A DNA stretch of 64,000 bases from Octopus bimaculoides (taxonomy: Eukaryota), in NCBI RefSeq assembly GCF_001194135.2, contig NC_068986.1, positions 42,540,992 to 42,604,991 on the forward strand, given 5' to 3'. This document shows, in pieces, positions 62,601-64,000 of the stretch. Position 1 is the stretch's first letter. Every line of letters starts with the position of its first letter. The notes below the pieces were generated by a model. That model was not told the origin of the DNA and ran no database searches. It was given only the letters and a program-made list of their open reading frames with translations. The position numbers and the translations under genes are program-made.

Positions 62601-63834
62601 ACTTCTGTTACCTGTCCATACTGGGGTACACTATTCAGCTATGCTGTTAGTTGTCAATCTATGTCTGTCAATCTATCTGTATCCATCTACTTGTTTAGTT
62701 TCAGTTTCTTTCTGCCTCCTCATCTTATCTTTCTTTCTCTTTATCCTCCTTTCCTTTCGTTTATGACAGTTTGTTAAACCTCTAGCCTTTTTATCCTTAT
62801 CCATCTGACCTGTATTTTTTTTTTTTTATACACCATGCAGTTTGTGTACCATAGTGTTGTTACTGGTCTGTTATAGATTTCTAATTGATCAATCATTGAC
62901 TGAATGCTTTTGTGGTGATAAATGACAATGAAACGGTTGTATAACTTGAGCATAAAAAATACCGCAAAGTATATTATATTTTGGTCTGCCATATCAATTT
63001 TCTAATCGGTGTGTATATCACTTTTATTGATATAGATATACATCCCTCCCTCCCTCTTTCCTTTTCTCTCTCTCTCCCCTTCTGCACACACACACACACA
63101 CAATGAGTGTCAGCACGGTTTTCATCTACTAAATTCCATTCACAAGGCATTGGTCAACCTAAGGCTATGAGAACAGACACTTGTTCAAAGTGTTGCACAA
63201 TGAGATTTAATCTGGAACCATAAGTGCAAAGGGAAGAAGCAGTTAATCAATTGTAGTTCGTTACATTTTCTATTCTGAGATTGGAGATTGAAAACTTAGA
63301 TCTGGAGGGTTTTTTCATCACCTTCTCTCTCTCTCTCTCTCTCCTTCTTTCTCTCTTCTACTCTCTCTCTCAAACATTCTCTCATATAAGCCTTAATTTT
63401 TAAGAGATGAGATTTGAATTAATTAGGAATAGAGGGACTTCATTTTGTAACCATTGAATGAATTTAAGAATGATCTTAATTAAACAGCGGCTTGTTGATG
63501 CATTGCAGTGGTTCTTTATCTTTTCTATACTTCACACCCCTCTAAAGTGTTTGATTAATTTTCATACCTCTTCCAAAACTAATATCACATTTTAAGATAA
63601 AAATGTCAATTTTCTAATAACTAATTGAATCACATGCAGTGCTATGGGTGAACAAATAGAACTTGGAAAAATAATCTTTTGACTGTATAAAATGCAAATG
63701 TAAATTGAGTAATTAGTAATAAAAAATAAAAAAAGAAAAATCAATCACAGTTGCAATGATGAAATTCAATGACTTCTATGTTCCTGCTTTTCCATTCATC
63801 ACTATGAATTTTTTTTGTTGATTATGATCTCCAG

Positions 63835-63905
63835 GTTTACTTGTGGATTCAGTTGATTCCTAGATTTTATTTTGACAAAAGAGAGCTGAATCCAGATTCA
63901 CAGAA
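63835..63905 (+). CDS. Candidate exon (VYLWIQLIPRFYFDKRELNPDSQ); gene continues beyond window
   Basis: Acceptor atgatctccag, donor AA|gtatgt; the other two frames contain stops. Confidence 0.55.
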
Positions 63906-64000
63906 GTATGTTATTGCAAATGGAATGAAGACACAATTCTTAGTCTCTTAAGAGTTCAATGTACAAATATACTGGGTTTTGTGTTAAATTCACTCATTTA

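Overview
AT-rich, repeat-dense animal genomic scaffold with 12 N-gaps, 9 of them edged by (TA)n. The SINE, RTE-LINE, mariner and microsatellite families look like those of an octopod (Octopus-type) genome; this is recognition from memory, not a database hit. I found no rRNA, true tRNA, CRISPR array or prokaryotic feature, and almost every entry in the ORF track is a microsatellite, gap or transposon artefact. Most of the window is stacked transposon debris: three or four tRNA-head SINE families, RTE LINE fragments carrying a Cys/His finger after the RT core, Penelope-like (GIY-YIG) relics, a Hero-like RLE relic, a CR1/L2-like relic, Tc1/mariner/pogo/piggyBac-type DNA elements, and one end-to-end non-autonomous Helitron. 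By-eye splice-site reading suggests an unidentified multi-exon gene on the + strand from about 13.3 kb to beyond 64 kb. Its start lies at a CpG-rich, RFX X-box-containing putative promoter, possibly shared with a divergent minus-strand gene (about 9.0 to 2.8 kb). Another + strand gene probably ends at about 0.6 kb. The most unusual signals are several fold-back elements carrying hammerhead-ribozyme-like cores (about 15.0, 27.4-28.9 and 43.0-43.6 kb). I cannot claim a confirmed novel system; these are the best leads.
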